DNA from: a virus
Taxonomy: Duplodnaviria > Caudoviricetes
Length of the DNA stretch: 62,923 nucleotides
IMG/VR virus record: IMGVR_UViG_3300044626_001587
Coordinates: 1 to 62,923 of that record
Direction: 5' to 3' (one strand)
Shown: one piece after another, positions 24,852 to 35,197 of the stretch
Position numbering within the stretch: position 1 is the first letter of the stretch
Layout of the letters: each line of letters starts with the position of its first letter
Translations under genes and position numbers: made by a program
The notes under the pieces: generated by a model
What the model was told of the DNA's origin: nothing
What the model saw: only the letters and a program-made list of their open reading frames with translations
The model's database searches: none

Positions 24852-25506
24852 TAGAAAACTAAAAAGAGTCGATGGTGAGCAATGTGGACGATACTACCTG
24901 ATGGAAGGTAGGGATGAACGTTTGTTTTCGATAACTAATGTTCTATCCAAAACTATATCTAACGATGGTCTGATCAAGTGGCGCCAACGCGTTGGTAATG
25001 AAAAAGCAAATCAAATAACAAAAGCAGCTACAACGAGAGGAATAGCTGTTCATGGATACTGTGAAGATTATTTGCTGAATAAACAAATAGTTGTTCCAGA
25101 AGACTCATATGAAAACTCTAATTTCAATATGTTTCTTCAAATGAAGAATGTGTTAGATCAACAAATTGACAACATACATGGTGTCGAAATTCCTCTGTAT
25201 TCACAAAGGCTGTTGATAGCAGGAACTCCTGATTGTATTGCTGAGTATGATGGTAAATTATCGATCATTGATTTCAAAACAGCAAAAAACAAATCAAAGA
25301 TCATTGTTGATAAATTGAAGAAGTATTTGTTGCAGTGTACTGCATATAGTGAAATGGTAAAGGATCTGTATGACATTGAAATCAATAACTGTGTGATTTT
25401 ATTTGCGCTCGAGAATGGGGAAATTCAAGTTCTCTCACTACCGATTACAGATCTAGAGCGCAGTGCATTGGCAAAATTGTGTGCCAAATTTAGAACGTTA
25501 ATATGA
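24796..25506 (+). CDS. PD-(D/E)xK exonuclease (Cas4-like phage exonuclease); start uncertain
   Basis: SITNVL, RGIAVH, AGTPDCIAEYDGKLSIIDFKT, QCTAY. Confidence 0.9.
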   Translation: MTLQLHLAQKQFNHCFLPSRKLKRVDGEQCGRYYLMEGRDERLFSITNVLSKTISNDGLIKWRQRVGNEKANQITKAATTRGIAVHGYCEDYLLNKQIVVPEDSYENSNFNMFLQMKNVLDQQIDNIHGVEIPLYSQRLLIAGTPDCIAEYDGKLSIIDFKTAKNKSKIIVDKLKKYLLQCTAYSEMVKDLYDIEINNCVILFALENGEIQVLSLPITDLERSALAKLCAKFRTLI

Positions 25507-27156
25507 AATAAATGCTCTAGAACCAGATATTTCACTATATGGTGTTAGCACATCTTTATATCCATGTCTATTGACTGGCAGCAAACTACCGCTAGGAAAT
25601 TGATGATTTGGTATTTCACCAACTCTTCTTTGAGGTTTAGGTGGTGTTGGTATTGATGAAGATTGTGATGGAACTGTTTCATTTTTTTCAAGAGTAGGTC
25701 GTTGAATATTTACATTCCTCATATTTGGAGGGCTGTTTGGAATAGATGGTTGCTCGTTTGGTCCTTGTGATTGCTGTTGCTGAATAGGTGTTGGTGTCAT
25801 TATATTTTCAGGCGGCGCAACAGACAATGAAGGTGAGGATGGTCGAAGAGAAGTAAAATTAGCAGTCTGTGGGGTGAGGATTGCTTCAGCAATTTGTGGA
25901 GTAGCAAATCCTCCAGCTACAATTGCTGTTTGACCTGTTTGATTTAATTGATTTATTTGATTTGAAGGCATCAAAGGCATTCGACTAACTTGGCCTGCTC
26001 GACCAAGTCTACTCCGTGGGGAAAAAGGAGCAGATTGGGGTCTTTGCTGTGCTTGTTGTCTTTGTCGAATTGGTTGTGTCTGTTGATTTACTGATCTATT
26101 TCTTCTCTGTTCTTCTGCAATCAGTCCTTGCACAGCTATTTGTTCTGCCGCTAATCCTCCTGCTGCAGCTAAAAATGGTGATGCTACTCCACCTGTAACC
26201 AAGCCAGCACCTGCTCCTGCTGCTTGTCCTCCAGCACTCGCAGCTGCAACAATTCCAGCATTGCGCAAGCTCCCCGAACGACCATATTCAAACGCTCCGG
26301 CGATTGCAGGACCAAGCAACGGAATACCTCTAGCAAAAACTGATGCACCTCTTGCTAAACTTGCTCCAGCTCTTGCGCCAAACCGTGTAGCTGATGCGGC
26401 AGAACCGGTTACAGCACGAGCTGGTGTTTGTATTGTAGCACCTGGTGTTGGTTGAGCTCTTATTTGATTTTGGGCGTTTCCTGGTGCATCAGTGCGTAAT
26501 GGAGAACCTAATCTTGCTCTTCGTCCTTGTTGTCTAGCTTGTTGTCCAGCTTGTCGTCCAGTTTGAGTAGGAGCACCTGTTCTCCTTCTTTGCTCTCCTC
26601 CTGCTTCAGGTCTCCCTCCAGGCCTCCTTCCGGGTCTCCTTCCGGGCCTCCCCCTACCTCCAAAGCGGCCTCTTCTTCCCCCTAAACCAAAACCTAAGTC
26701 CAGTCCTTCACTTCCTTGCTCATCAGTCATGTCAAAACTATGAACTAACTTGTTGATAACATCAACTATTCTTTTGACAGTTTCATAATTTACTAACCGA
26801 ACAGCACGAGATGCTTGAGACAAAGATCGTAAAACATGATATCCAATACTAGAAATACTATCCCCTTTCGTAACAAGCGCTTCTCCTGGTACAGGAGAAT
26901 TGTCGCTTCTAACGGGTATCATTCCTTTAAAAATATCTCTTATTTTTATCACTGTTCTTTCTACAACAGTTGGTTTTCTAGATGTGATTGAATTGCGTAA
27001 AGTACTTACACCATCTGTAGGGAGAGGATTATTTAGTTGGTTTGGTTGTGTTACGCTTGGAAATAGTACTGATCTTTTAACAATAGGCTCAGGATTGCCA
27101 AAAAATACATTTTTTGGAATCTTAAATCTTGGAGCTAACGACGCAACAACAGCCAT
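25498..27156 (-). CDS. putative baseplate hub / tape-measure protein (gp29-like)
   Basis: Gly/Ala/Gln-rich with RGIPLLGPAI segment; directly downstream of gp26-gp51. Confidence 0.5.
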   Translation of the reverse strand: MAVVASLAPRFKIPKNVFFGNPEPIVKRSVLFPSVTQPNQLNNPLPTDGVSTLRNSITSRKPTVVERTVIKIRDIFKGMIPVRSDNSPVPGEALVTKGDSISSIGYHVLRSLSQASRAVRLVNYETVKRIVDVINKLVHSFDMTDEQGSEGLDLGFGLGGRRGRFGGRGRPGRRPGRRPGGRPEAGGEQRRRTGAPTQTGRQAGQQARQQGRRARLGSPLRTDAPGNAQNQIRAQPTPGATIQTPARAVTGSAASATRFGARAGASLARGASVFARGIPLLGPAIAGAFEYGRSGSLRNAGIVAAASAGGQAAGAGAGLVTGGVASPFLAAAGGLAAEQIAVQGLIAEEQRRNRSVNQQTQPIRQRQQAQQRPQSAPFSPRSRLGRAGQVSRMPLMPSNQINQLNQTGQTAIVAGGFATPQIAEAILTPQTANFTSLRPSSPSLSVAPPENIMTPTPIQQQQSQGPNEQPSIPNSPPNMRNVNIQRPTLEKNETVPSQSSSIPTPPKPQRRVGEIPNHQFPSGSLLPVNRHGYKDVLTPYSEISGSRAFISY

Positions 27157-27162
27157 TTAACA

Positions 27163-27321
27163 CTACTTTTCTTTTTGTTTAATATTGATTAAATCTGTAT
27201 ATATTGTCATTTCAAACCTGTACAAATTTTCTATATCAGACATCGACCATCCATACCCATCTTTCAAAACAAAAATGTTGTTGTAAAAATGTCTAGGATT
27301 CAAATATCCAAAACATGCTAA
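27163..27321 (-). CDS. gp51: gp51-like hub assembly protein, likely made as a -1 frameshift extension of gp26
   Basis: LNPRHFYNNIFVLKDGYGWSMSDIENLYRFEMTIY; in-frame TGA just upstream; no strong start. Confidence 0.7.
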   Translation of the reverse strand, partial: LACFGYLNPRHFYNNIFVLKDGYGWSMSDIENLYRFEMTIYTDLINIKQKEK

Positions 27322-27998
27322 AAAAAATCATTAAATTCTGATACCTCTACCGTTTCTTTATTGTCATCATCTCCCACTTCAACCACAAAATAAATTTGTG
27401 GTTGGTTTTCAAAAAGTGCGGTTATCTTTGGAAGAAATTTAGAAGGCAAACTTTCGAAAATTTCGTTAACTTGGTTTTGGTCAAAATTAGTACAATCTAA
27501 GACTTTGTCATTATTGTAGATTTGATCTACACAACTGGCAATCAAATCAAGTACAGTTCCGTTTGTTATAGTATTGACTTCAAGATTCTTAACTTTTGGT
27601 GGTGAAAAAGATATAGCTTCCGTTTTTGATAGTTTGATAGTACTTTGCTTTTGAAATGTCTCAAAATTTCTGTATTTGCAATCAGATATTTTAATATTTA
27701 CTTTGTATTCTTTATCGTCTTTTGTAACATACATTTCAATGCTTTCATCAACAGAAATTGATCTTAAAAACATGAATGCATATTGGAAATCAACAAAAGG
27801 GAGATTGTCAAAATCAAATGTTGCAGGTTGTAGCAAACAATTGCACAAAACGCGTTTCAATGCATTAAGCTTAGATTTTGCATCCCCATCGATCAAAAGT
27901 AGAATTTTTTCATCTCTAATTGTCAATGGCCTAAACATTAATTTTTGCTTTGAAAACGGTAATTCACATTCGAATGATGGGTGTGGTGAGTTTATCAT
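27318..27998 (-). CDS. gp26: baseplate hub assembly chaperone
   Basis: ELP...FRPLTIRDEKILL...DFQYAFMFLRSISVDE; ends DFF. Confidence 0.85.
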   Translation of the reverse strand: MINSPHPSFECELPFSKQKLMFRPLTIRDEKILLLIDGDAKSKLNALKRVLCNCLLQPATFDFDNLPFVDFQYAFMFLRSISVDESIEMYVTKDDKEYKVNIKISDCKYRNFETFQKQSTIKLSKTEAISFSPPKVKNLEVNTITNGTVLDLIASCVDQIYNNDKVLDCTNFDQNQVNEIFESLPSKFLPKITALFENQPQIYFVVEVGDDDNKETVEVSEFNDFF

Positions 27999-28013
27999 AA
28001 TCTATCCTTTATA

Positions 28014-28643
28014 CTATAGTGTGTTGGTGGTATTGATATTGTTACTTACCGGACTTTGGCCAGGTTTTAAAATTTCTTTAAAATAAAGTTTAGTAACCAA
28101 GCAGTTAAATTGTACTATCATATTTTGATAATCTGTTGAATTATTCCAAGACATTGGGTTATACGCAATAGATACTGGAAAAGCAGATATCAGTGATATT
28201 TTTTGTGTTTCTTCTCCTCCTTCAGACAGTGCTATAATATCGATTGTACAACTATAATCTTCTTTAAAACCAATAGTATAAATATCACGAAAAGACACTT
28301 CTTCTCTGAAAACAAAAAAGATCTTTTGTATCCAATTATACATTAATTTGCTGATTTCGTGGTTGTCTTCTTCAATAATAAAATTTATTACAATCGGTTG
28401 AAATTCTGCTCTAGAAGGAAACGGTTCTATCAAACCAAAACCATATCTTGGAATAGAAAGTTGATTTTTGAATTCTATACTAGGCATTTGAACAGCTTCT
28501 GCCTTATATCGAAGATTTTCTGCATTCGTAATTCCTGCAGCTTCAAGTATAGATTGGGTTGGATACAATAATACCTCAAATTTTGCTAGCCTTTGAGGCC
28601 TTGTTACTTGTTGTCTGAATTGTTGTAAGTTTATATTGGACAT
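28014..28643 (-). CDS. baseplate tail-tube initiator (gp54/gp19 family)
   Basis: KFEV, AEAVQMPS, AFPVSI...MSW; synteny. Confidence 0.7.
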   Translation of the reverse strand: MSNINLQQFRQQVTRPQRLAKFEVLLYPTQSILEAAGITNAENLRYKAEAVQMPSIEFKNQLSIPRYGFGLIEPFPSRAEFQPIVINFIIEEDNHEISKLMYNWIQKIFFVFREEVSFRDIYTIGFKEDYSCTIDIIALSEGGEETQKISLISAFPVSIAYNPMSWNNSTDYQNMIVQFNCLVTKLYFKEILKPGQSPVSNNINTTNTL

Positions 28644-28688
28644 TTCTTCCTACATATATTTTTGAAATGGGTAGACGTTAAGAGGAAT

Positions 28689-29135
28689 ATGAGTTACAAA
28701 GGATATTTCAAACCAAAAAATCCTCATAAGTATAAGGGCAATGCTAAAAATATTATTTATCGAAGTTCTCTCGAGCTGCGAATGATGAATTTTTTAGATA
28801 ATCATCCCTCTGTAGTTAGTTGGCAGAGCGAAGAATTGTTTGTTCCTTACAGATCACCAAAAGATAAAAAGGTTCATCGATATTTTCCTGACTTCATTAT
28901 TGAGATAAAAACAGCAGACGATCAATTGATTACAGAAATGATTGAAGTGAAACCATCTATCCAAACAAAAGAACCGGTCGTGAAAAAAACCCAAAAAGGT
29001 AAAGTGACAAAGGCTTCGCTAAGAGACATACTGATATGGGCAATCAACCAAGCAAAATGGGATGCTGCGAAACAGTATTGTATAAATAAGAACTGGAAGT
29101 TTAGAATCATCACAGAAAAAGATCTTAAGTTGTAA
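28689..29135 (+). CDS. gp4: head completion nuclease
   Basis: YKGYFKPKNPHKYKG, YRSSLE, YFPDF, EVKP, NQAKWDAA. Confidence 0.95.
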   Translation: MSYKGYFKPKNPHKYKGNAKNIIYRSSLELRMMNFLDNHPSVVSWQSEELFVPYRSPKDKKVHRYFPDFIIEIKTADDQLITEMIEVKPSIQTKEPVVKKTQKGKVTKASLRDILIWAINQAKWDAAKQYCINKNWKFRIITEKDLKL

Positions 29136-29758
29136 TGGCAGCGTCAACACTAACAATTTTTGATCAAATTCTCAGCGAAGCTCAAGAAAAGGGCTTTGTT
29201 CCAGGTAAGAATGAAGAAGCCAAAAATTGGTTCAGAAGAAGAGCTCAAGACGTTCCAGATGTCAGCGAACGAGCTCTTGTTGCAGACAAAGTCCATAGAT
29301 TAGACGAATCACCAACTGTTGGTTCAATGTATTTGTTTAGATATGATCCAAAAACAAAAGATCAACTGCCTTATTATGATGCTTATCCATTGTTACTAAC
29401 ACTATCGTTCACATTCAACGGCTTCACTGGTCTAAACTTACATTATCTACCATCGATGTTAAGAGCTTCTTTGATGGATAAGTTATATGCAATTTCAAAC
29501 ACACCAGAATTTACACCAGACAAAAAAATTCTAGCCAATTATGCACTGTTGAATGGATTCAAGTCGTTCAAAGCTTTCAAACCATGTTATAAGAGATATC
29601 TATTTACCAACGTACGATCAAAATTTTTGTTCGTTGCTCCTTCTGAATGGGACATAGCACTGTTTTTACCGTTAGCTCAATTTCAAAAAGCCACTGAAAG
29701 TACAATACATAGTGACAGTGTTCGCGTTGTAGGAAAAAGACGAAAAGGATTGTTTTAA
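29135..29758 (+). CDS. gp2: DNA end protector protein
   Basis: YDPKTKDQLPYYDAYPL, GLNLHYL, PCYKRYL, LPLAQF. Confidence 0.95.
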   Translation: MAASTLTIFDQILSEAQEKGFVPGKNEEAKNWFRRRAQDVPDVSERALVADKVHRLDESPTVGSMYLFRYDPKTKDQLPYYDAYPLLLTLSFTFNGFTGLNLHYLPSMLRASLMDKLYAISNTPEFTPDKKILANYALLNGFKSFKAFKPCYKRYLFTNVRSKFLFVAPSEWDIALFLPLAQFQKATESTIHSDSVRVVGKRRKGLF

Positions 29759-30822
29759 TGACGACGGGAGTTTTAGAACAAAGCGCTAATCAAATTAGTA
29801 ACTTTTTTCAAGGGTTTTTTGAAAGTTTTTCAGATGTTTCAGAATCATTAACTGGTCTGCCTATTGAATCTAATATAATTAATAGTAGGTTCGAATTTCA
29901 ACAACAAACTGGTGATGTTCTAAATTTTGAGTATCCTAATAGTTTAGTAGATAAAACAAGATATTTTTGTCAATTGACATTTTTAAAAAATGCTAGGTTT
30001 ACACCATTAAACATAGATTCTGTACCTGGACAATTAAATGGAAGAACACCTTTAACAAACATTTTTTTACCAATTCCAATGAATTTCACACAAGGAAAAC
30101 TTGAGCATGATTTTGAAGCAACATCAATTTTAGATACTTTATTTGCTGCAGTTGAAGGAGCTGTTCAACTTACATATTCTCAAGCATCTGATATAACGCC
30201 AATGGGTGCAATACAAAGATTAGCTGGTATGGCACGAGGAGGTATTGATATTGCTAATCTATTAGCAAGCACAAATCAACGAATTATCAATCGTGGTTTT
30301 TTGGTTATGTACAAGCGGCCATTAAATAGAGAATTTCAATTTACCTGGATACTTCACCCAAGAAATAAAACAGAAGCAGAAACTTTAGTAGCAATTTGTG
30401 AAATTATGAAATTTTGTTGCGCAGCGTCAGTGGGTTCATTAACTTTAAATGAAGCAATTGGAAATACATTAATTGGGGCTGATGGTATTGTGAGTTCATT
30501 TGATGCATCAAATTTAGTAATACAGTATCCTAACGAACTTCGAATGAGAATGTTATATTTGGATGATCAAGGAAATTTAAAACCTATCTTTAATCCTGAA
30601 ATGCATTTTGGTTATGTCGAATCCTTACAAATAGACCATTTTGATGAAGCTAGCTTACCAGCTGGTTTTTTTACAGGCACAAATTATCCCATCTTGACAA
30701 CAATTCAAATGACAGTTATGGAAAATAGAATTATGTTTAAAAAGCACTTTACACGTAATAGAGAATTTGAACAAGCTGGTTTTCAATCACAAGAAATTCC
30801 TACTGGACTTTTAGATGAGTAG
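29758..30822 (+). CDS. gp48: baseplate tail-tube cap
   Basis: IFLPIP, REFQFTWILHPRNKTEA, YPNE; precedes gp53. Confidence 0.8.
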   Translation: MTTGVLEQSANQISNFFQGFFESFSDVSESLTGLPIESNIINSRFEFQQQTGDVLNFEYPNSLVDKTRYFCQLTFLKNARFTPLNIDSVPGQLNGRTPLTNIFLPIPMNFTQGKLEHDFEATSILDTLFAAVEGAVQLTYSQASDITPMGAIQRLAGMARGGIDIANLLASTNQRIINRGFLVMYKRPLNREFQFTWILHPRNKTEAETLVAICEIMKFCCAASVGSLTLNEAIGNTLIGADGIVSSFDASNLVIQYPNELRMRMLYLDDQGNLKPIFNPEMHFGYVESLQIDHFDEASLPAGFFTGTNYPILTTIQMTVMENRIMFKKHFTRNREFEQAGFQSQEIPTGLLDE

Positions 30823-31489
30823 ATTTATAAACCCAAGCAACCAGCTTTTCAAAAATTGGCCAATCATTAGGTACAATGGAACAGCAATTCAACGGTTTCA
30901 ATCAAAAATAGCTATAGTTGATGCAATAAGAGGTGATCCTTTTATTTGTCAATTCTACACCATTCAACAGTCTGATAAAAGACCAGATATTGTTTCAAGA
31001 AGAATGTATGGTACACCAGAATATGATTGGCTAATTTTAACTCTCAATGTAACAATAGATCCGTTCTTTGAGTGGCCTATGGACAATCTAACATTTGAAC
31101 AATTTATAGAAGACAAGTATAAAACTTCAAATCAATCTGGTTTTGTGTATGCAAGGGCTACAACATATAATTATATACAACTAAAACAACTTTCAAGTAA
31201 CACATTGTCAATACAACAATATAATAATTTAGCGCCAGAATTGCAAAAATATTGGAAACCTATTGACAATAATGAAGGAACAATAAATTATGCATACAAT
31301 TACGTAGGATACGAACTTTCAAAAGGCGGATACGACTCTTTATCATCAGCTGAAAAACAATATTGGAGTGAGCAATCTTATTATGATTATGAAATCCAAA
31401 AAAATAACAATAACAAAGTAATATCGTTGATATCGCCTAGCTATATCTCTCGCGTTGTAGACCAACATAGTACATTGATTAGGACATAA
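30815..31489 (+). CDS. gp53: baseplate wedge LysM-like protein
   Basis: RPDIVSRRMYGTPEYDWLIL..N..IDPFFEWP, YDYE. Confidence 0.9.
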   Translation: MSRFINPSNQLFKNWPIIRYNGTAIQRFQSKIAIVDAIRGDPFICQFYTIQQSDKRPDIVSRRMYGTPEYDWLILTLNVTIDPFFEWPMDNLTFEQFIEDKYKTSNQSGFVYARATTYNYIQLKQLSSNTLSIQQYNNLAPELQKYWKPIDNNEGTINYAYNYVGYELSKGGYDSLSSAEKQYWSEQSYYDYEIQKNNNNKVISLISPSYISRVVDQHSTLIRT

Positions 31490-31490
31490 T

Positions 31491-32837
31491 ATGAGTATGG
31501 ACAGTGTTGATGTTAAAGTATCTGTTCAGGATAGTAGATATAATTACACTCTTACTATTGGACCGGTAATAAACCAATTTGTCATTTGTGAATCATTTTC
31601 CTCACAATTTATGTATGGCCATTTCTTTTCTGAAGCTACGAATGAGATTCTACAAGAAATTGTTCTTCCTGTAGCAATTAGAATAGAAATAACAAGTCCA
31701 TTCGATGAACAAGACACCGATGGTCAAACTAAACAAAATAAATTTGCAAAGACGTTTATAGTATATTCAGCTGTTGATCATTTTGTTGCTGCTAGTGGGG
31801 TGAGAACAGTAAAATACTTGTTCTGTAGTCCTGAAATGATGATCTCTGTTTCAAAAAATATTTGCAAAGGCTGGGATGATAAAACAATGTCTGAGATTAT
31901 TGAAGACATTGTAAAGAGCCACATGAAGTATGAAAATCAACAATCCATTCCTGAAATTGAGAAAGATAATTCCGAAGGAAGCGTGAAATTTTTAGCGACT
32001 AAGCAACCAATAATAGAAGTGATTAACAATATAAGAGAATTAGCTGTAGATAGTGACGGCTACCCATTTGTTTTCTTTGAAAACAAAAAAGGCTTCAATT
32101 TTAAATCAATAAAAAAAATGCTTGAAAATGTCGATAATATACCAAAATTATCATTATCGCACAATTTAGAAGGTGAAACAGCATTACCTACTCAAACACA
32201 AATTCATATATTGAAAATAGATCAATCGTTTGATCTGTATAATGCAATTAATCAAGGAGGATTGTGCGGTACCGTTTATCCAATAGACATCTACAATCGT
32301 AAGTCGACAGAATGGAAGAATGACGAAGAACAATTTACAATAAACAAAGAGTTATTCACGTCTGTGAATTCTCATCCAATTTTTGAACAAGAAACAATAG
32401 ACAGTTTCATTTCTTCTCAAAATAGTAACGAAGCAGAAACTTATGGACCCAAAATATTTTTGCCAGTAACTGATGGATCTTATATGGACACATTGAAAGA
32501 TAAACTGTTTAAAAAACAAGCAGCAGAGTTTTTTCTTTCTTCATCATGTTTAATAGAAGCTGCTCAATTTAGAAGTACCTCTATTTTTGAACTTGGAACG
32601 TGTTGTGATGTTTCGTTTGAGAGAAATACTGAACATACTGAACAAGAAGATATTAGAGTTAATGACAAAAGCTTATTGAATGGAAGATTTTTGATAACAA
32701 AAATCATGCATACAATAATTGGAAAGGACTCAACACCAGCTGTTTACAATCAAACATTACAATTGTGTAAGTTTGGTTATGAAGAAGAAATTGAACAAGC
32801 TCAAGAACCACAGCAGCAACAACAGCAGGAGCAGTAA
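31491..32837 (+). CDS. baseplate hub protein (gp27-like)
   Basis: FVFFENKKGFNFKSI, GRFLITKIMH; between gp53 and gp5. Confidence 0.7.
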   Translation: MSMDSVDVKVSVQDSRYNYTLTIGPVINQFVICESFSSQFMYGHFFSEATNEILQEIVLPVAIRIEITSPFDEQDTDGQTKQNKFAKTFIVYSAVDHFVAASGVRTVKYLFCSPEMMISVSKNICKGWDDKTMSEIIEDIVKSHMKYENQQSIPEIEKDNSEGSVKFLATKQPIIEVINNIRELAVDSDGYPFVFFENKKGFNFKSIKKMLENVDNIPKLSLSHNLEGETALPTQTQIHILKIDQSFDLYNAINQGGLCGTVYPIDIYNRKSTEWKNDEEQFTINKELFTSVNSHPIFEQETIDSFISSQNSNEAETYGPKIFLPVTDGSYMDTLKDKLFKKQAAEFFLSSSCLIEAAQFRSTSIFELGTCCDVSFERNTEHTEQEDIRVNDKSLLNGRFLITKIMHTIIGKDSTPAVYNQTLQLCKFGYEEEIEQAQEPQQQQQQEQ

Positions 32838-34277
32838 ATGTTGAACTCTTTTTTATTCAATCAACAGTTTATTTGGTTCATTGGTAGAGTTATCGATGTT
32901 AATGATCCAGACGAGGCTGGAAGAATAAAGGTAAAAGCAGTTCCTTTCTATGATTCTATTGATGATGATCTTATACCTTGGGCACAAGTTATGCAACCTA
33001 TCCAAAGTGCTGCAAAGGACGGTATTGGCATTTCGCCAACGGGTATTCAAGTTGATAGTGCTGTAATTGGTTTTTTTCTAGATGGAAAATACGCACAACA
33101 ACCATTTGTGTTGGGTACTTTTGGTGGTAAAGGGGATGTTAGCGGATATGCAAAACAAAAAACACCAGAAAGAGTAACTCTACCGCCAATTGGTTTTAGC
33201 CCTTCATCAGCAGCCGATCCAGTTTATACTGATAATAAAGTATTAAAAACAAGCTCTGGTCACGTTATTGAAATAGATGATACACCACAAAACGAAAGAA
33301 TATTAATTTTTCACAAAAGTGGTTCTTCTGTAGAAATCAATTCTAGTGGCAGATTTGTTTTGAGGACTGTTGGTGATTCTTATGATCTTACAGCAAAAAA
33401 TAAGATAAGCTACACAGGAGGTAATGTTACTTTTTACAGTAATGGCTTTATTGATATAAAGAGCAATCAACCTTGTTATATCCAATCTACATCAAATTGT
33501 TATGTAGTATCTAATGATACAATACATCTACAAGCACCAAATATTGAATTAAATTATGTTTTAGCAAATACTGCAGAAGGCACTTCTAATGTACCTAATA
33601 CTTTTCTTCGAAGGTTAACACGAGAACAAGAACGTTCTATTGAAAGTGCCAATCTTGAATTTATTCAAAGCAGCCCATTCAATCAAGCAATGGGTTTTGC
33701 TGGAGGTGGTGGTGATGTTATACTTGGTCCAGAAGATACTACACCTCAATGTGGCCCAGAATGTAGTGATCCAAATAATAATAATGCTTATAAACATAAC
33801 ATTGTAGGTTTTTTAGAAAAAGTTATTGCAGATGCTAACAATGGTTTATGGAGAGAGAACGGTTCAAGTGAAGCTAGAGAAAATATTATGAATACGTATA
33901 AAAGTGTAGGATTTCAAGTAGCAGGAGTACAAACACCATGGTGTGCTGCTTTCGTAGGCTATGTGCTACGAAGTACGTGCTATAAATATCATCCAACATT
34001 AGCTGCAGCTGGTTATGATAATTATGGAGATGCTTATATTCAAGATAATCACCAAGCAGCACAACAGTTGATAAGAACCGGGTCTGTACAAAGAGGAGAT
34101 ATTGTAGTGTTTGATAGAGTTGGGGGTACAGGCCATGTTGCTTTTTTCTGGGGCTATGAGAGAGTTAATGATAGTTTAATATGGGTAGGGGGAAATCAAT
34201 CAAACAATGTAACTATAAACCGACGACCTTTATCTACAACAAATCTTAGAAGCGTCAGAAAACCAGTGGAGTGTTAG
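32838..34277 (+). CDS. gp5: baseplate spike gp5 with C-terminal CHAP-like (TIGR02594-type) domain
   Basis: OB fold WFIGRVIDVNDP..GRIKV; SGHVIEIDDTP; PWCAAFV...GHVAF...GGNQSNNV. Confidence 0.9.
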   Translation: MLNSFLFNQQFIWFIGRVIDVNDPDEAGRIKVKAVPFYDSIDDDLIPWAQVMQPIQSAAKDGIGISPTGIQVDSAVIGFFLDGKYAQQPFVLGTFGGKGDVSGYAKQKTPERVTLPPIGFSPSSAADPVYTDNKVLKTSSGHVIEIDDTPQNERILIFHKSGSSVEINSSGRFVLRTVGDSYDLTAKNKISYTGGNVTFYSNGFIDIKSNQPCYIQSTSNCYVVSNDTIHLQAPNIELNYVLANTAEGTSNVPNTFLRRLTREQERSIESANLEFIQSSPFNQAMGFAGGGGDVILGPEDTTPQCGPECSDPNNNNAYKHNIVGFLEKVIADANNGLWRENGSSEARENIMNTYKSVGFQVAGVQTPWCAAFVGYVLRSTCYKYHPTLAAAGYDNYGDAYIQDNHQAAQQLIRTGSVQRGDIVVFDRVGGTGHVAFFWGYERVNDSLIWVGGNQSNNVTINRRPLSTTNLRSVRKPVEC

Positions 34278-34278
34278 T

Positions 34279-34788
34279 ATGTCACCAGTAAAAAAAGATC
34301 TTATTATTCAAAAATTATCAACCGGAGCTTTGTTCCCTCACACAATTCCAAACTCAAAAAAATGGTCATCAAGAGCTGGTCAACTTACACTTACTAGACT
34401 GGACATTACAAACAATTTACTTGCGTTGAATGAAAAGGTTGTTGAAAGAGTTGAGACACAGTTTCCTGGTGATTTGAGGATAAACAGTGGATTTCGTTCT
34501 GGAACAGGAGGTTCACAACACAACGCAGGAATGGCAGTTGATTTGCAGTTGATTTCTCCTTCAGGGGATCCTACAAAATCAATAGAAATTGCAAAATGGA
34601 TGCAATCATTTTGTGAATTTGATCAATTGGCTATTGAATACAGTGCTTCTAATCCAAAAAGATGTTGGATTCATTGCTCTTACATTCTTCCTAAATATGG
34701 GAGAAACAGATTTAAAATTTATACATGGGACGCTGGGTCAAAAAATATAGTTGTTGCAACCGATAAGTTTATAGATAGAACAAAGTAA
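34279..34788 (+). CDS. peptidase M15-family Zn peptidase
   Basis: INSGFR, SQHNAGMAVD, WIHCS. Confidence 0.85.
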   Translation: MSPVKKDLIIQKLSTGALFPHTIPNSKKWSSRAGQLTLTRLDITNNLLALNEKVVERVETQFPGDLRINSGFRSGTGGSQHNAGMAVDLQLISPSGDPTKSIEIAKWMQSFCEFDQLAIEYSASNPKRCWIHCSYILPKYGRNRFKIYTWDAGSKNIVVATDKFIDRTK

Positions 34789-34789
34789 A

Positions 34790-35197
34790 ATGGAAAAAAC
34801 TGAGTTAAATCAAAGGCCAATTTTATATAAAGGTATCGGAAGAACGTTTAAAAAACACCCAATTAATAACGACATCGTTGTAAACGTTGATGAGCTAAAT
34901 GTTAGAGACGCTATTCTCAATTTATTTTTTACAAGATCGTATGAAAGACCGTACAGTGATGTTGGTATTGGTATTGAGCAATATTTGTTTGAACCAATGG
35001 ACAGAACCACTTCTATCCTTCTTCAGGATATGATAGAAACAAATTTGAAAAGATGGGAGCCTAGATGTAATTTAATTGATGTTTCTGTGCAACCAAACTA
35101 TGATGAAAATTCTTATGATGTAAACCTTAGATTTAAGATTATAAATAACAATAACAATGTGTTTTCAATCAACTTACCACTGAAACGGTTACGTTAA
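34790..35197 (+). CDS. gp25: baseplate wedge
   Basis: KHP, T..YERP, LFEP, WEPR. Confidence 0.9.
   Translation: MEKTELNQRPILYKGIGRTFKKHPINNDIVVNVDELNVRDAILNLFFTRSYERPYSDVGIGIEQYLFEPMDRTTSILLQDMIETNLKRWEPRCNLIDVSVQPNYDENSYDVNLRFKIINNNNNVFSINLPLKRLR

Noticed and set aside
19563-25506. DenV-family, phoH and exonuclease genes as novelties
   Set aside because: Common in environmental T4-like phages
24796-25506. Cas4 of a CRISPR system
   Set aside because: Standard phage PD-(D/E)xK exonuclease beside phoH; no Fe-S cysteine cluster pattern, no other cas genes
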